64,000 bases of DNA from Octopus sinensis (taxonomy: Eukaryota): positions 51,956,001-52,020,000 of the forward strand of contig NC_043014.1 in the NCBI RefSeq assembly GCF_006345805.1, given 5' to 3'. Every line of letters starts with the position of its first letter. Within the stretch, counting starts at the first letter, position 1. Under the pieces are notes generated by a model that was not told where the DNA came from, made no database searches, and worked only from the letters and a program-made list of their open reading frames with translations. Positions 25,633 through 40,221 of this stretch are shown here, piece by piece. A program made the translations under genes and the position numbers.

Positions 25633-26430
25633 TATACAGATAGTTAGTAAATATCTGAGTATATTCTTGCCGATATATATGATAATTTGAGAGAGAGAGA
25701 GATAGAATCAATAACAAAGAATTGCGTATACATTTGGAGCCCACCACAGATATATTGGTATATTGATATATGTATTTTCGGAATCTAAAAAGGAGTCTAT
25801 ATGATATGAATCACCGAGTGTATGTGAGCATTTATATGTACATGCGCAATCACACGCGTATGTGTGTGTGTGTAGGTGTGTTCATACTTGCACACAACGT
25901 CGTGTAGTTTGCGTGACACCTCCTGTGGTACTTTAAATTCAAAGATGTTTGAAACGAATCTAATGCAAATGGAAGTAAAGGATTCACAAATGAAATAAAG
26001 AAAGCGAAACAAGCTATGCTACTACTCCACCATTACCTCTCATTTCACCATTGAACATTTTTAATATGAATTTTATCCGTTTTTAAATATTTCGCATGAA
26101 ACACACACACATACACATAGACAGACATACATGCACACATACACACACACGGACACTCACGTATACACACATGCACACACACACACACACACTCACATAC
26201 ACAGATATGCACACACATTGACAACTACAGAATCATATAAATGTTTTACTCTTTTCCACACTTGCCTTTTTAAATTGCAATATATTGGATATTTAATAAT
26301 TCATAGACACACGTGCCTGTCTGTACGGTTACAAGTAGTTTGCGTCCCAAGCACAGGGTCCTGGGTTCAATATCACTGTGTGTCGCGTATATCCTCTAGA
26401 ATTTAGAGTTTTCTAGAATCGAATGTAAAG

Positions 26431-26509
26431 AAGTGATTCTCAAAATAGGGTCCGTGGACATCTGGTGGTCTGCAATGGATGTCCGTGAACTAAAGACAGG
26501 GAACCACTG
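26431..26509. mobile_element. Degenerate hAT (Charlie/MER5-like) MITE
   Basis: Termini AAGTGATTCTC.. / ..GGGAACCACTG resemble CAGTGGTTCTC TIRs; internal GGGTCCGTGGAC..GTCCGTG. No clean 8-bp TSD. Confidence 0.4.
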
Positions 26510-27210
26510 ATCTAGTCTCGATCAATAACAATTCAATAAAAAACGACAACGTGTCCATCGGTGACGTCTACCACGAGGCAGACGACAGTACCAACAGCTT
26601 CCATTTTACGATATTGGTAAATTTCCATTGTAATGCAATGTTTATTTACGTAACCAATTCAAATTTGGCATTGTGATTCTGGTATTAGTAATCAGATTGT
26701 AATTTGTATCAGAAAACACAATAAAAAAAATAGACACACATAAATAAATACATACAAATCTCAAAGTGATAGATCGTATCTCGCTCTGTCTTGTCAAGTG
26801 TACTAGTTTTGTTTTTATCGTCAAATGATACTAATTAGGAAAATCAATGTGCTTCGTTCATTTTAGTTTTTTTCTTTTTTGGTTTCTTTTTGTTATGGTC
26901 CACTAACTAGATTGTCGATGATCAATAAAATAGAATAGAGGCTGTATCAATGGAATTATGCCAAGTGAATGCCTCAGTGAGATCACCGACAATTGGGATT
27001 CAGCCACGAACCATACATAAATCATCGTGTAAGTCACATTAACTGAAATTGTTAATGGCCATCAATACAGACATCAGGATGATGAAATGATGAAAATGAA
27101 CCAAGAATAGCCTCGTTTAGAAGTGTGCAGCGGACATTGTCTCCATAAGTAGAAGGGAAAGTCAACTTTACGTACATAAAACACATACAAACACACACGA
27201 ACATATTATC

Positions 27211-27740
27211 TCTTTACTTGTTTGAGTCATGAGATTGCAACCATGCTGGGGCACCTTTTTGAAGAAATTCTTAGTCGAAAAAAAAAAACCGATGCCAGTA
27301 CTTACTCTTCTACTTGTTTCAGTCATTTGGTTGCTGCCATGCCATGCTGGAGCACCGCCTTTAGTCGAAGAAATCGACCCCAAGACTTATCCTTTGTAAG
27401 CCTAGCACTTATTCTATCGGTGTCTTTTGCTGAACCGCTAAGTTACGGGGATGTAAACACACCAGCATCGGTTGTCAAGCGATGTTGGGGGACAATCACA
27501 GACACAGAAACATATACACGCACACACATATACACACACACACACATATATATACACTCACACATATACATATATACGATGGGCGTCTTTCAGTTTCCGT
27601 CTACTAAAGCCACTCACAAGGCTTTGGTCGACCCGAGGCTATAGTAGAGGACAGTTGCCCAAGTTGCCACGCATTGGAAATGAACCCGGAACCATGTGGT
27701 TGGTAAGCAAACTACTTACCACACAGCCACTCCTGCGCCT
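27211..27740 (-). mobile_element. SINE family A full length (27305-27740) plus an additional tail fragment (27211-27303)
   Basis: Reverse complement colinear with 786-1180; second GGTGCCCCAGCATGG..TGACTCAAACAAGTAAAGA tail adjacent. Confidence 0.9.
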
Positions 27741-27784
27741 ATTATTTCTCATCGAGTTCATTATTTTAAAAAAATCTTTTTAAG

Positions 27785-28162
27785 CCCGTTACTTATTTTA
27801 TAGATCTGTTTTTACCAAATTGATATGTTACGCGGATGTAAACAAACCAACGCTAGTTTTCAGGCCGTAGTGGAGAAAAACACAGACATATGGACACCCG
27901 CTCCATATATACATACACATTTATATACATGCAACGGGCTTCTTTCAGTTTCCCTCTGTGAAATTCACTCATGTGTCTTTGGTCAACACGAGGCTTTAAC
28001 GTATCTTTCCATCTTGTTTCGGTGAATGGACAACCGTCAAGTTGGAGCATCGCCTTCAAGTGTTTCGTTGCATAAATCGATCCTGGTATTTTAATTTAAA
28101 GTGATTATGGGGCAGGGTTAAAAAAATATGCCCGCGCGCACGCAAACACATTCATACATATA

Positions 28163-28223
<61 letters not shown>

Positions 28224-28322
28224 GAAGGGCTTCCGCACGATATCCGTCTAAAAATGCGCGCACAAGGCTTTGGTCTGTCTAGAGCTTTAACCTAAGACAC
28301 TTCCAGTGGATACTGCGCAGTC
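27785..28322 (-). mobile_element. Two degenerate SINE family A fragments around a TA array
   Basis: ACGGGCTTCTTTCAGTTTCC (27934) and AGGGCTTCCGCAC..CACAAGGCTTTGGTC (28225). Confidence 0.55.
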
Positions 28323-28367
28323 TATCTATCTACCTCGTTCTCTTCCTCTCTCTCTCTCTCTCTCGAT

Positions 28368-28449
<82 letters not shown>

Positions 28450-28530
28450 TATATATATAAATAAACGTATACGTAGATGTGTGTGTCTAGATGCACCTGC
28501 ACTGAACTGCAGATAAATATAATAGCATAA

Positions 28531-28566
<36 letters not shown>

Positions 28567-28919
28567 GATTACTGTTCAAGTTGATTGCGTCGACAAGGTG
28601 CTGCCTTCGTTTTATGATTCAGTGATGAATATAAAGTATAGTTTTATGTTCACTTTTGATCTTCAGGTAATGAGGTAAGGAGAAAAATCTATAAATCTTA
28701 AGTTCATTAAACTAGTTCGTCTACTCTCTCTTTCATATCTAAGAGAGTAAAGATCTGACACTTGGGTGATTGTTATTTCTAGTCTCGTAGATCGAGGGAC
28801 CGTCTAAAATACCTCTGGTCGTCTTTTTCAGGTTTTACCTAAGCTTATGTTTGCATTCATTTAAATGTGTACCTGTTTCCATAAGAGACACGCGGACATG
28901 TGTAGGCCTTTCTTTAGAG

Positions 28920-29065
28920 TAGTGGAACTTGTTTTGCAACCCCGTGAATTCTGGTTCAATCTCACTGCGCAGAACCATGCGCAATTGTCTTCTACTATAT
29001 CTTAGTGATGATCAAAGCCTTATGGGTGAATTTGATAGACAGAAATCGTGAGAAAGCTGAATATG
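28920..29065 (+). mobile_element. Degenerate SINE family A 5' half
   Basis: GGTTCAATCTCACTGCG..TGTCTTCTACTATA..CAAAGCCTTATGGGTGAATTTG. Confidence 0.55.
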
Positions 29066-30859
29066 TAATATATGAGAGGGAGAGAGAGTGAGCGATAGAG
29101 ACAGGTAGATAGATAATAAGATAGATTAGATACAGAGATAGGCATAGGAACAAAAGTTACACAGCAAAAGTGTGAAAGACTTCCATTTTACATGATTTGT
29201 TTGATACATTTGCACATGTATGTATTCACCATATTCTCTCTCTCTCTCCCTATATATATCTCTCCGTTATCTATCATATATATATATGTATATATTTGCG
29301 CTCATCTGCTTTCGACAAGAGAACATCTGAAGACAGCGAACATAAAAAATATTTTGCCTCATATTTACGAACTGATAAAATATATTTCGATATTATTTTA
29401 CACTTTACTACATGCAGTATTTCCTTATTACATTTCAATCAAGATTTTCTACTTTCAGAATTATAATACGATAATTATTACTATTGCTTATTATTATAAA
29501 GAAGAAAAAAAAGTTTTGTTGTTCGATGAATGAAACATCTTCCGTTTTCACCCACCATACCCCACATCAAATTTCATCGTATTTACTGATTATTTTTGTA
29601 AACTAATCAATATCAAGTAAACAGGAATTGATAAATACAATGAAAATGAATTAATATAACATACCAGCAAATAGATATAATTTAGCAGAATAATTCTAAG
29701 AACAATAAGATTCTTGATAACGAGAGGAGAAAAAAAAGATATCTAGTATATGTCTAATTGATGACACTGGTAATAATGATTATGCTTGAGATAATCTGTA
29801 TAATTTATCAATGTTCAAAAGACAATTTCTAAGTGAATACGTTAGATATCTTACGATTTATGAGGGAGATAATGAAAAGGAACAATGGCGAGCAAGACAG
29901 AAAAAGACGGAGAGAATGTGTGGAGAGTGATGTTGAGTTTAGAGGACTTTAGATGAATAAGAGATAAGAAATAATAGAGTAATCTTGTTAGTTGTGTAAA
30001 ATTAGCGGTTTGTAATTTCTATGTAGCGTTTCCAGTTTTCCGCCATCTTGCGACTAATTTTCGGATGAATGTATGATGTATATTAATGTTTTTGCTGCTG
30101 ACTACCATAATGTCGGATTCAATCATTCCACAAACTGTGATTTATGTTGAAATCTTTGCTTCCACATATATCGCGTCCTCATCTAATTCAATTTGCTACT
30201 AGGTGAGTAATTAGTTAAGAGGTGTTCTGAATAAATAGTTTCTGTTTTGGTCGCATCCACTTGCCATACAAGATTCTTAATTGATTTTAGTCTGACCTCG
30301 TCTTAATTGTTAATGAGTTCTCCAAACCCGCCCCTACCTATTTTCCTACATAATTTGCTAGATGTTCACATATTCATTTATATATTCGTACACAATTCGT
30401 ACTATTTTCGTATCTTTCTTCATTCAATGTGGATATATTAATTTAATGAAATATTGTTGCTAAGTTTAGAAATGCTATTTACCAATGTTGCTATATGTAC
30501 ATCTCAGTTTTATTCCACCGATGCACGGCCATTTTTAGTGACGTGTATAGCAGAAGGTTGTTGCATATTTATATTTCGATCAGACCAATGAATATTCTTG
30601 AATAAACACTGTATTTCTGATTATCTTTCTTTATATGGAACCAGACTCTACACAACCAATAAACAATATACAAGGAACCATAACATCATTCATGCTTTTC
30701 TACGAATTAATATAATGCATTCCATTTCTTGTTTTATTATCGGTGAGGGGGGAAAACAATTAAATCAACAGTTCTTTACAATATTTACATTTTTTTTTTA
30801 TTTGGATGTTCGATAGGGGAAATCAGACTTAACACGAAAACTTTAAGACATTCCTTGAA

Positions 30860-31065
30860 GGCGGTAAACTGGCACAATCCCCTGGTAAAATGCGAAACGG
30901 CATTTCGTTTGCCTTCAAGGTTTCTCAGTTCAAATTCTGCCGAGGTCCACTTGGCCTTTCATCATTTCCGGGTAGATAAAATAAAAACCAACTGAGCACT
31001 GACGGTGATGTATTCGAATTGCACTACCGACGAAATTACTGGCCTAGTGCCAGACTTTGCATAAT
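30860..31065 (+). mobile_element. SINE family B, degenerate, tail type 2
   Basis: GGCGGTAAACTGGCA head; GTTCAAATTCTGCCGAGGTCCACTTGGCCTTTCATC. Confidence 0.6.
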
Positions 31066-31384
31066 AAATCTTTCTCGAAACCATAAAATTTTAACATGGA
31101 TACGAGCACGCTTGAACAAATGCCGAGTAAAACGGTTAGGGTGTTGTAAACTATGACCATCTCCAGTATTTGGTTGAAATTTATTATATTCCATTCGATG
31201 GATAAATTGTGAAGTCGACGAGGGCTGGTTTGAACTCAGAGTGGAAACATGACGCGACTGCACACTGTGTCGAGTCTATCCACTGCTCTTAGTGATTTTG
31301 CCGATCAAATGCCATCATATACCTTTTTATAGCACGCACACACATACACTCACACACAGACATACACACACACTTTTAAACTTA

Positions 31385-31710
31385 TTTTAATTATTGGACC
31401 GCGGCTATGCTGGGACGACATATTGAAGATATTTTAGTCGAAAAAAATCGGCATCAGTATTATATTTTAAAATCTGATACTAATGGAATTGGTGACTTTT
31501 ACAGATCCACAAACACGAGCAAACCAACGGGTTGGTAATTGGTGGCAGAAAACACACACACACTTCAATTTATCAGGTGGTCTTCTTTCAGTTTCCATCT
31601 CCCAAATTAGTTCACAAGTGATTTTGCAAGGTGACGCGCAGCGGGACTGAACTCGGAACCATGTAATTGGGAAGCAACCATATTACCGCACAGCGACACA
31701 TGCGGCCATG
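31385..31710 (-). mobile_element. Degenerate SINE family A
   Basis: CTTCTTTCAGTTTCC and GGGACTGAACTCGGAACCATGT match family A in reverse. Confidence 0.6.
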
Positions 31711-32427
31711 TAGGAGACAAATGTTCATATAAACCAGTGGTACCATTTGTGTCACCATTATCCCTAAAGTCCGAGAAGCCAAAACTCTAGCACATCTGGA
31801 AGCATCTAGAATATTTTATTTGATGTAATCATAGCTTCGATTCAGCTAAAGTTAAATTTACCACCGAAGGGACGAAGTCACGAATATTAAAAACGAAAAA
31901 CTAAACTAAAAGGAAAAAGAAAGAACATTTCTTCACAAAATTAATTATAATCCCAAAGAATTTTATTTCCAAACACAGTCTTTTAATAATGCAGGCATAA
32001 ATATAATTAATGGAGAAAAAATAGAATTGAATATTTAGTATTCTAATTAATATTTCTTTCCGTCTCGTAAACTACCTCCCCGCCTCCTTTAACGGTATAG
32101 AATAAATTGTAAAGGTTCAACACTCAACAGTTATCTATATAAATCACAATTGTCATTAAAACGTTCTAATTGTGTTTTGAACAATCGTTCTTCTAAGCTT
32201 CCTGTTGATTTTCTTCTCTCAGAGAAAAAAGAATGACAGAAAAGAAATCAAAGGAACAATGAAAACAATTTTAAAAAAAAGGTGTCTACTTTTATTAAGG
32301 AAAATGTTATGTATTTATTGTACGACAAGAAAATGTGCTTCAGAGATAATGACGTTTTTTCCCTTCATATTTTCAATTCTTTCATCGCCTATATAGACAC
32401 ATGAAGATATAAACCTATATCCTCTCA

Positions 32428-32477
<50 letters not shown>

Positions 32478-33146
32478 CAAAATAGGAGACTGGAAAGATT
32501 TATTCGTAAAATTTATTCACCATTACAGGTGTTTCTTTTGCTAATAGAAACTTCAGTTTTGTAGATGAAGCATAAACATGTAAGGTGTTTCGTATCATAC
32601 ATTCTTTAGGCAGAGAAACCAACGATTGTTTAACTGAAGAATTTGTAACAGGACAGATATCTTGCATGTTCTCTATTACATGTGCAATTTTGTAATATCT
32701 GTCAGCAAATGAATCATGTGTAATGGTCAATACACAGTACGTAAACACTTTCCAGTTTCTTGTTTTTTATATTATTATTCTGTAGAAAATATTTCCCCAG
32801 GGCTTCCATCTCTCATGCACACCTTACACGAATATAATTTCTACATACAAATTTGCAATACTGAAATAAACAACATATCTAGACTATATATAAATCGATA
32901 AATGAAGTCGATAAATGAAGGGTTGAAACGTGATCTACTACAATTTCTAGGTTTTGATATCACAGTGAGCGAACGACCATATATAGCGTGCCGTCTACTA
33001 TTTCGCAAACATCAATTGCCTCAGTATACATAAACATAACTCTCTCTCTCTCTTGCTATATATATATATATATTATATATATATATATATATTTCTCTCC
33101 TCTCTCTATACATATATATATATATATTTCTCTCCTCTCTCTATAC

Positions 33147-33181
<35 letters not shown>

Positions 33182-34707
33182 TAGGCACACACGGGTGTCC
33201 GCTTACGTATTCGTATATGCATATGTGTGTATATATGTAAATATTAGGCTTTTACACTTGATTTCACTTCTGGACTGGGCAGTGTTATGTATTTTTCATC
33301 ATGGTGTATAATTTTCTTCTAGGCCCAAACTGCTAAATTCAAAATAAGCACCTACATAGATCTGGTGCAGTTTTCCCTTCCTCCATCTGTCACGAACGGA
33401 GTTCCTCTTAATCGAGAAAGGGAAAGCCGAGAGTGGTCATTTTCTTTTTCCCGTAAATTAATTAGCGAAAGTGTGGTACAATCATTCATGTTATATTCTA
33501 TTTGCGATGCTAAGATAATATTTTGAAATACATATTGTCCATGCTTGCTTGTGTGAATAGTTTTATTATTTCTTCAATAATTTAAAATACAGTCTAGCAT
33601 AAAGTAGTATAACATATCACAAATTAGACAGATATATGATCTGTCTTTATATCATTGCATTTAAGTGGATGAAAGCCAAATTCATATTCCTCGGTGGTAC
33701 GATAATATTTAATAGCTCACGTGTATATTATTAATATATGACGTCTCCGTCGAAGATGTCTCCGTGCTTTATTTTGTTGGTTTTAGTGCAACGAGGTTGA
33801 GCACATATGTGCAGAGTAAGACATGCCAGACTGATGTTACGTAAGAATTTTATAGTATATGGTCTTTTACAAGTTATAAATGGAATTAGTATTAAGGGTG
33901 GAAGTTAATTAAATTCGTAATTTAATACATAACTGCGAATATATAATGCTTAATGCTATCTCATATACATGAACGCGTGATTTATTTCAAATGTATTTCA
34001 CAGTGTTCTGAGGCTGTATATACAAGATACGTTGACGAGAAGTGTATGTGTGTGTGTTAAACTAACAATCATAGGGATAATAAATCTATTTTCCGCCCGT
34101 GACATGTCGTTTCGTTGGAGAAGAAGCATTCCTTTTCGTATTGTTCCTCTCTACTCGACGGAAATGATTATCTGCCTTGTGTTGGTGCAGCTCTTCTCGA
34201 TATCGAGGAAACATTTCTTGCATGAGAGGTGATAACTCCACGAAGGTACCTGTATGGTCGCAGTGAAAGAGGTACCTCAAACAATTATCCAAACGTGGTA
34301 CAAGTTACTAATTGATATCAACGTGCAAGTGACGGCTTCGGGCATATTTTAAGACACTGAGTCAAATTGGAACCGCAACAGTTCCTTGGTTCGTCATCAC
34401 CTGATTATCTCTCGATTCACCAAATTACAGACCAACATTTTCCAATAAAATTCTCCGTATAAGATATATTACTTTTAATTTCTATTTATTGTCCGCTTGT
34501 TCATTAAAATAATACATACATTTTCTTTTGAACCTGGCTTACATCAACTTCTAAATGTTCAGATGCTATATTATTAAAATGCATTATTCTCTTCCATTCG
34601 AATGATGTGTCTCTATATGTGTTAATACGTGTGAAGTCGATTAGTTTCTTATGTGATTTATCTTCATTTCTCTACTTCATTTACTTCATCTCAATACATC
34701 TGATCAA

Positions 34708-34765
<58 letters not shown>

Positions 34766-34767
34766 TA

Positions 34768-34824
<57 letters not shown>

Positions 34825-36213
34825 TGCTTGTGCGCATGTATGCAGCGGGGATCTATCTGGATATGTGTTACTATGATTGCTACCGTTTCTTATATACAGT
34901 AACGTTCATAGATTCTTCTTCTTCTTCTTCTTTTCCTCCTACGTTTTCTTCTTCCATTAGAATCATGGCACATAGATTTCGTGACATTTTGTTGATACAA
35001 TTAGAAGTAAAAAAGAAAAAAAAAATAAGAACAAAATATACTTTAATATTTTCAGTCAGTGAAAGTAAAAATAATGGCTGACTTGAAACTACGTTGAAAG
35101 TAATTTTCTTCATTCCCGTTAGAAACCTTTTAGTGTGAGGTGGTATCAGCCAACATACGCAAAATGAAGCTAAAAAGACTTTATTAAACTCTGTACTATT
35201 CACTCGGTACATTGCGAAATATAGAGAGGAATAAAAACGAACGCTAGCCATTTACTAAGACAGCAAATATGTCGGTAAGAACTGAATATGTCTACGTATG
35301 TAAAAGAGAAAAAATTAACGACCAATACTGCGCTTACTGATAACATCAAAAGACATATGTTCGAATGTTTAATATATCTATTTTGTATTCAAATATCTCT
35401 TTTGTTGCGAAGATCATTAGTGTCTTTGACATATGGAAAATAAGAAATATTTATATTCTATGTAACAGTCTCCAGTAGGTTTTTATTGTAATCTGCGCAG
35501 CCATGTGATGGCTAAATTTGCTCACTGAAAATAAGGAAAACTTGCGCAATTATATAATCTAAAAGACTTTGTAGGTTCAATAAGTTTGATTGCAATGCGG
35601 ATTGAAAAAAATGTCTGGCGTTTCGAACACATGTTCTTTGATGAAATGATGAAATGATTCACATATTACAGTTTATCAAATAATAAAAATGGTGGCCATA
35701 TAGATAAAATGACTTTCCTATTTACTTTTCCGTCAGTATTCCAATCTTCTTCCCATACTTTTCGCTGCTACACTATCAAGTTGCTTACCGACGGTAGACT
35801 CTATCACCTACAAATAGTAGTTTATATATCTTACTTAAACCACACCATACGCTCTTAAATAAAGAATGATACCTTGGACAGTGGAATCGTTGTTATACAA
35901 TTTATGTCACGTGTAAAATTTTTGAAAGACATTTCTCGAATCTATGAGGTTTTGCCGTGACAAAATCTCAACTCGTTAGCTATAAAGAGATAGATTTCCA
36001 GATACCTGACCAGTTAGGCTCTCTCTACGAGGCTACACACATTAAGTTTCCTGGGGCTGAGTCAAACTGTAATAAAGGAATAGATGGAACTTCTACCAAA
36101 TATCTCCTTTCTTTTCGTTTGTCCATTCACTGATTTATATATATATAGGCATACAGACATACAGGTATATACATACAGGTATATACGTTTGCAATTATAC
36201 ACACACACATATT

Positions 36214-36313
<100 letters not shown>

Positions 36314-36878
36314 TGAAGAATACAAAAACATACTATTATGTGAAATAATCGCGGTGCTAAAGGGCTGTCAGTAACTAGTACTTATTCCTGCAATAATAAT
36401 CCGAAATGTCAACGCTGGATCTAGTATATTCTTCACATTATATCTGATTTGTGTGGTGAATTTTCCTTCACAAACTGAACTCAAATGTTTTCAACAGAAT
36501 TCTTCCTGATTTTTTTTTATCATCATGGGAAATCGAAATAATAGCTTTTTGTTGATAATATCGAATATTGGAGATATCTGCTTTTCTATTAATCATGTTT
36601 TAGCCGAGAGTGAAATAAAAATTCCTTTCAAAAAGCATTCAGAGAATTATTTTGAAATAATAGAATGAAATTTCAAACTTTTTTGCAAGGTCCATTTTAC
36701 AATATTAAATTTTTCATTAGACAAATGTATAAACAAACAATAATCTATTGATTCGTAGATTTGCTTTTCACATGATCTGGCAGATTCGAACGTGAATATG
36801 GTGATCGCTGTTTTCGTTATGGAAAGGGAAAATCACATGTGTTAATGTATAGTAAATTCCATATATATATATATACAT

Positions 36879-37030
36879 ACGGTGGGATTCTTTCAGTTTC
36901 CGTTTAGTAAATCCAATCACAAGGCTTTGGTCGACCCGAAGCTGTAGTCGAAAACACTTTTCCAGGGCGCCACTCACAGGACTATGTGATTTGCAAGCAA
37001 GCTGCTTACCACATAGCTACGCCCCCACCT
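36879..37030 (-). mobile_element. SINE family A 5' half ending at (TA)n
   Basis: TTCTTTCAGTTTCCG..CACAAGGCTTTGGTCGACCCGAAGCTGTAG..GCTTACCACATAGCTAC. Confidence 0.7.
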
Positions 37031-39864
37031 ATTGTCAAAATTTTAGGTGAAATTTTTTAAATCAGTGTTCTCTCTGACACCTGAATGTTCGAGTGCTGCT
37101 GATATTTTATAAATCTAATTTTCCCAAGCATTCATAATATTCACAATCACCGCGGTTGAACAAGTAAATTTTTACCGAACGTGTAAAATCGATTATTTCC
37201 ACGACAGTAAACCGGTACTTATTGTTTGAAGCAACAAACTACTCGCAAAATATTAGTTCACTTTGCAAGAATGAGAATCCAAAAACGTCTTCGATCATGC
37301 ACAGTTTCGGTGCAGAAAAATAAAATATGTTTCATGCAAAGTATTAGTAAAATTACAAACTTCATTCTCTGCAAAGGCGCCATTGAATATAGATTATTGA
37401 TCTGAGTATTCACGGGCAACTAAGCTTCATTACCATCCTTAAAATCACCGACACCTCTGTTTTCGAGCTTACGTGGGTGACTTTTCGTTGCAGCAGAAAA
37501 TATCAGTTATGCCTTCATCTTACCGTCTTAAACTGACGGAAGTAAATAAACAGTTAGAGTCATCTGATACACTGTACTAAAATATAAATGTACGATAGAA
37601 AGGCTTGAATATTTCTGACACCTCGTTGTCTTTTACATTCATTTCTGGTTCTGTAAAATTTAGTGTAGAACTTCAGAAATAGTCTATATTCTACAAAGAC
37701 CAACAATGGTTTCAACGCGTAGCAAAAGCAATATCTTCGCTTAAACCAAACTTTGCATCTCTTTAACTTGGGGGAAACTCGGTTATTTTCAAAGCTGGCA
37801 TTTTCAAATGTCTTTGACATTTCGAGTCTCCACTCTTTGACAGAAAGGGATGAGAGGAAAAAATCGAGAGAGACAAGAACAAATAATGAAAAAAAAAAAC
37901 ATATGTTGGGATTAATGGTTCCGCGTGTTCAAATGACTGGAAGGTAAACGCCAATGGAATGAGAGATAACGGTGATTTGGTTAATCTGGGATGCGCAAGC
38001 GCATGTGTGCATGTGAGGACGGGGTGTGACTGTATGTGTAGGTGAGCATAAGATTATGTGAGCCTGTATGTATATAAAAGTAAGTACACTGTGGAGAGAC
38101 GTGTGATCTTCGTATGTGAGTGTGCGTGTGTGTATAGGTGTGTGTGAACGTTTGTATATATATATATATGTATGTGTGTGGGGGTGATGCTATCCAATGT
38201 GTGTGCGAGTGTGTGTGCGCAAAAGCATGTGTTGAGCAGCTAATGTCTACGTTTGCGAGTGAGTTGGCATATAACGGATATACAAATCGCGTAATGTCGA
38301 CCCCAACTTGGTATCCTTTTTTCAATAAACTTCACTACAAATGAATCCTACAACTAATACATTATATATATATAATTAAGAAAATGGAGAGATTTAATGG
38401 ATATAAATTAATTTATTAACATTTTTAATAAGGCCTACAAATGTTTCAATTTACACTCAATGCAAATTATAAACCTATAGAATAAAATAAGTTTACATTT
38501 TGAAGATATAGAGTAAAATATCATCGTGGCATTACGGGAACTACTGGCTGACCAATTGAGAATCTCCAACTAAGTAGATGAAAATATGTTTTAGTTTCTC
38601 TTGTGTGTGTTAATAAATATATTTAGATATAATAATAAGACATATATAAAATAAAAATAATAATAAAATGTTAATAAATAGTAATAAAATATATTCAAAC
38701 AAAAATAAAATAAAATAAGTTATGTAGGTAAGATATAAATGAAGAATAAAAATACAGCCATTATAAAGTGATGTCTACTGTCTGTGTCAGTTTACATGTG
38801 CGTGTGTGTGTGCATGTATGTTAGGAAAATCGTATCAAATCTGTTTATTCATATATGCGTGTGCGTATAACTATTTGAAAATAAAAGTCTTGTGTGTTTA
38901 TATTTGTGCATGAGCGTGTGTGTGTGTGTGTGTGAACATGTATGTTAAGAAAATGCTAATATCAGAGAATGAGAGAGTGAAAATAAAGCTAAATAATTGA
39001 TTCCATTTGAGCGAATAAATCATTGGAGGCCGTGGTGTAGCGTGTTCGAATTTCAATGGCTAAAGCAAATTATGGATCAAAGATATCAAAATTCTCAAAT
39101 ATTCAGTTAAAAATCAAACGATTCAAAGAAGATATACTAATAAATGGATATTTAGGGAAATCTCTTGTTCTTGTCCTACATTATGACTAATGGAAAGGCT
39201 GGAAACTTCGCTGCTACTCTCTCAGCATTTTAAGCGCAAGAACGAAACTAACCGCAGATACATAATCAAATAAGCAAACCATTATTTCGATTTCCTTTGA
39301 GAGCAGAAAAATTTTTAAGAAGATTTTTGCGAAACATGAATTCAGGTGGTGAAGGAATCACCAATACCCAAACTACATGCTTATGTGGTGACGAAATTAG
39401 ATCCAGAGCTGCCATTTGGGATTATTATTGTATGAAATATTTCTATATTGTGACAGCCTTTAGCAGAGCAATTACTTTACTTAAATGCACTCAGCTTCAC
39501 ACTTATTCTTTACCGTTTGCATTCTCTGCTATATATATATATGTAATGTATGTGTATGTGTGTTTTCATATTAACCATCTTTTTTCATTAACTTTCCGTG
39601 TCTATTTGCAGTAAATGTGGTGAAGAAATTTACTACACCTAACCACAAAATATTCCATACGCGATCATATCATATTTTTAGACTACATTCTCTAATGTGC
39701 ATGCATTATTTCCCTTCATTACTTTAGACAACGATGTTCGATTTAACTGCTATTTCTAGAAGCTACAGTTGCCCTCATTGCCTGCGATTATCCGAGTATT
39801 AATCTATTTTGTTTTCCTTCTTCCATTCATTGTACTGCGCCCAGTGAAATGAATGGAAAAAGGG

Positions 39865-40140
39865 CTGAGTCGAGCAACTCGACCCTAGATATAATCTTTC
39901 TTTTAAGACTGGTACTTATTCTATCGGTTTCTTTTAGCCGACCACCAAAGTTACTGCATGTAAATTAATTTAAAGTGGTGCACAGCCAAATGCACTCACA
40001 AGGTGCACAGCCAAATGCACTCACAAGTTTTCGTCAGCCTAAGTCTATGAAGGAATATATTTGCCCAAGGTGATACGCAGAGGGACTGGACCCGGGACCA
40101 TGTGGCTGGAAAACAAATTTTTTACCACACAGACATACCC
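39865..40140 (-). mobile_element. Degenerate SINE family A with internal 25-bp tandem duplication
   Basis: GGTACTTATTCTATCGG, TTGCCCAAGGTG, GGGACTGGACCCGGGACCATGTGG; GGTGCACAGCCAAATGCACTCACAA x2 at 39977-40026. Confidence 0.6.
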
Positions 40141-40221
40141 CATCTGCTGAAGTAGAGCAGCATAGTGAATTAAGAACCCTATTTGGGAAAATGAAAATAT
40201 AACGACTTTTATCCGCATAAA

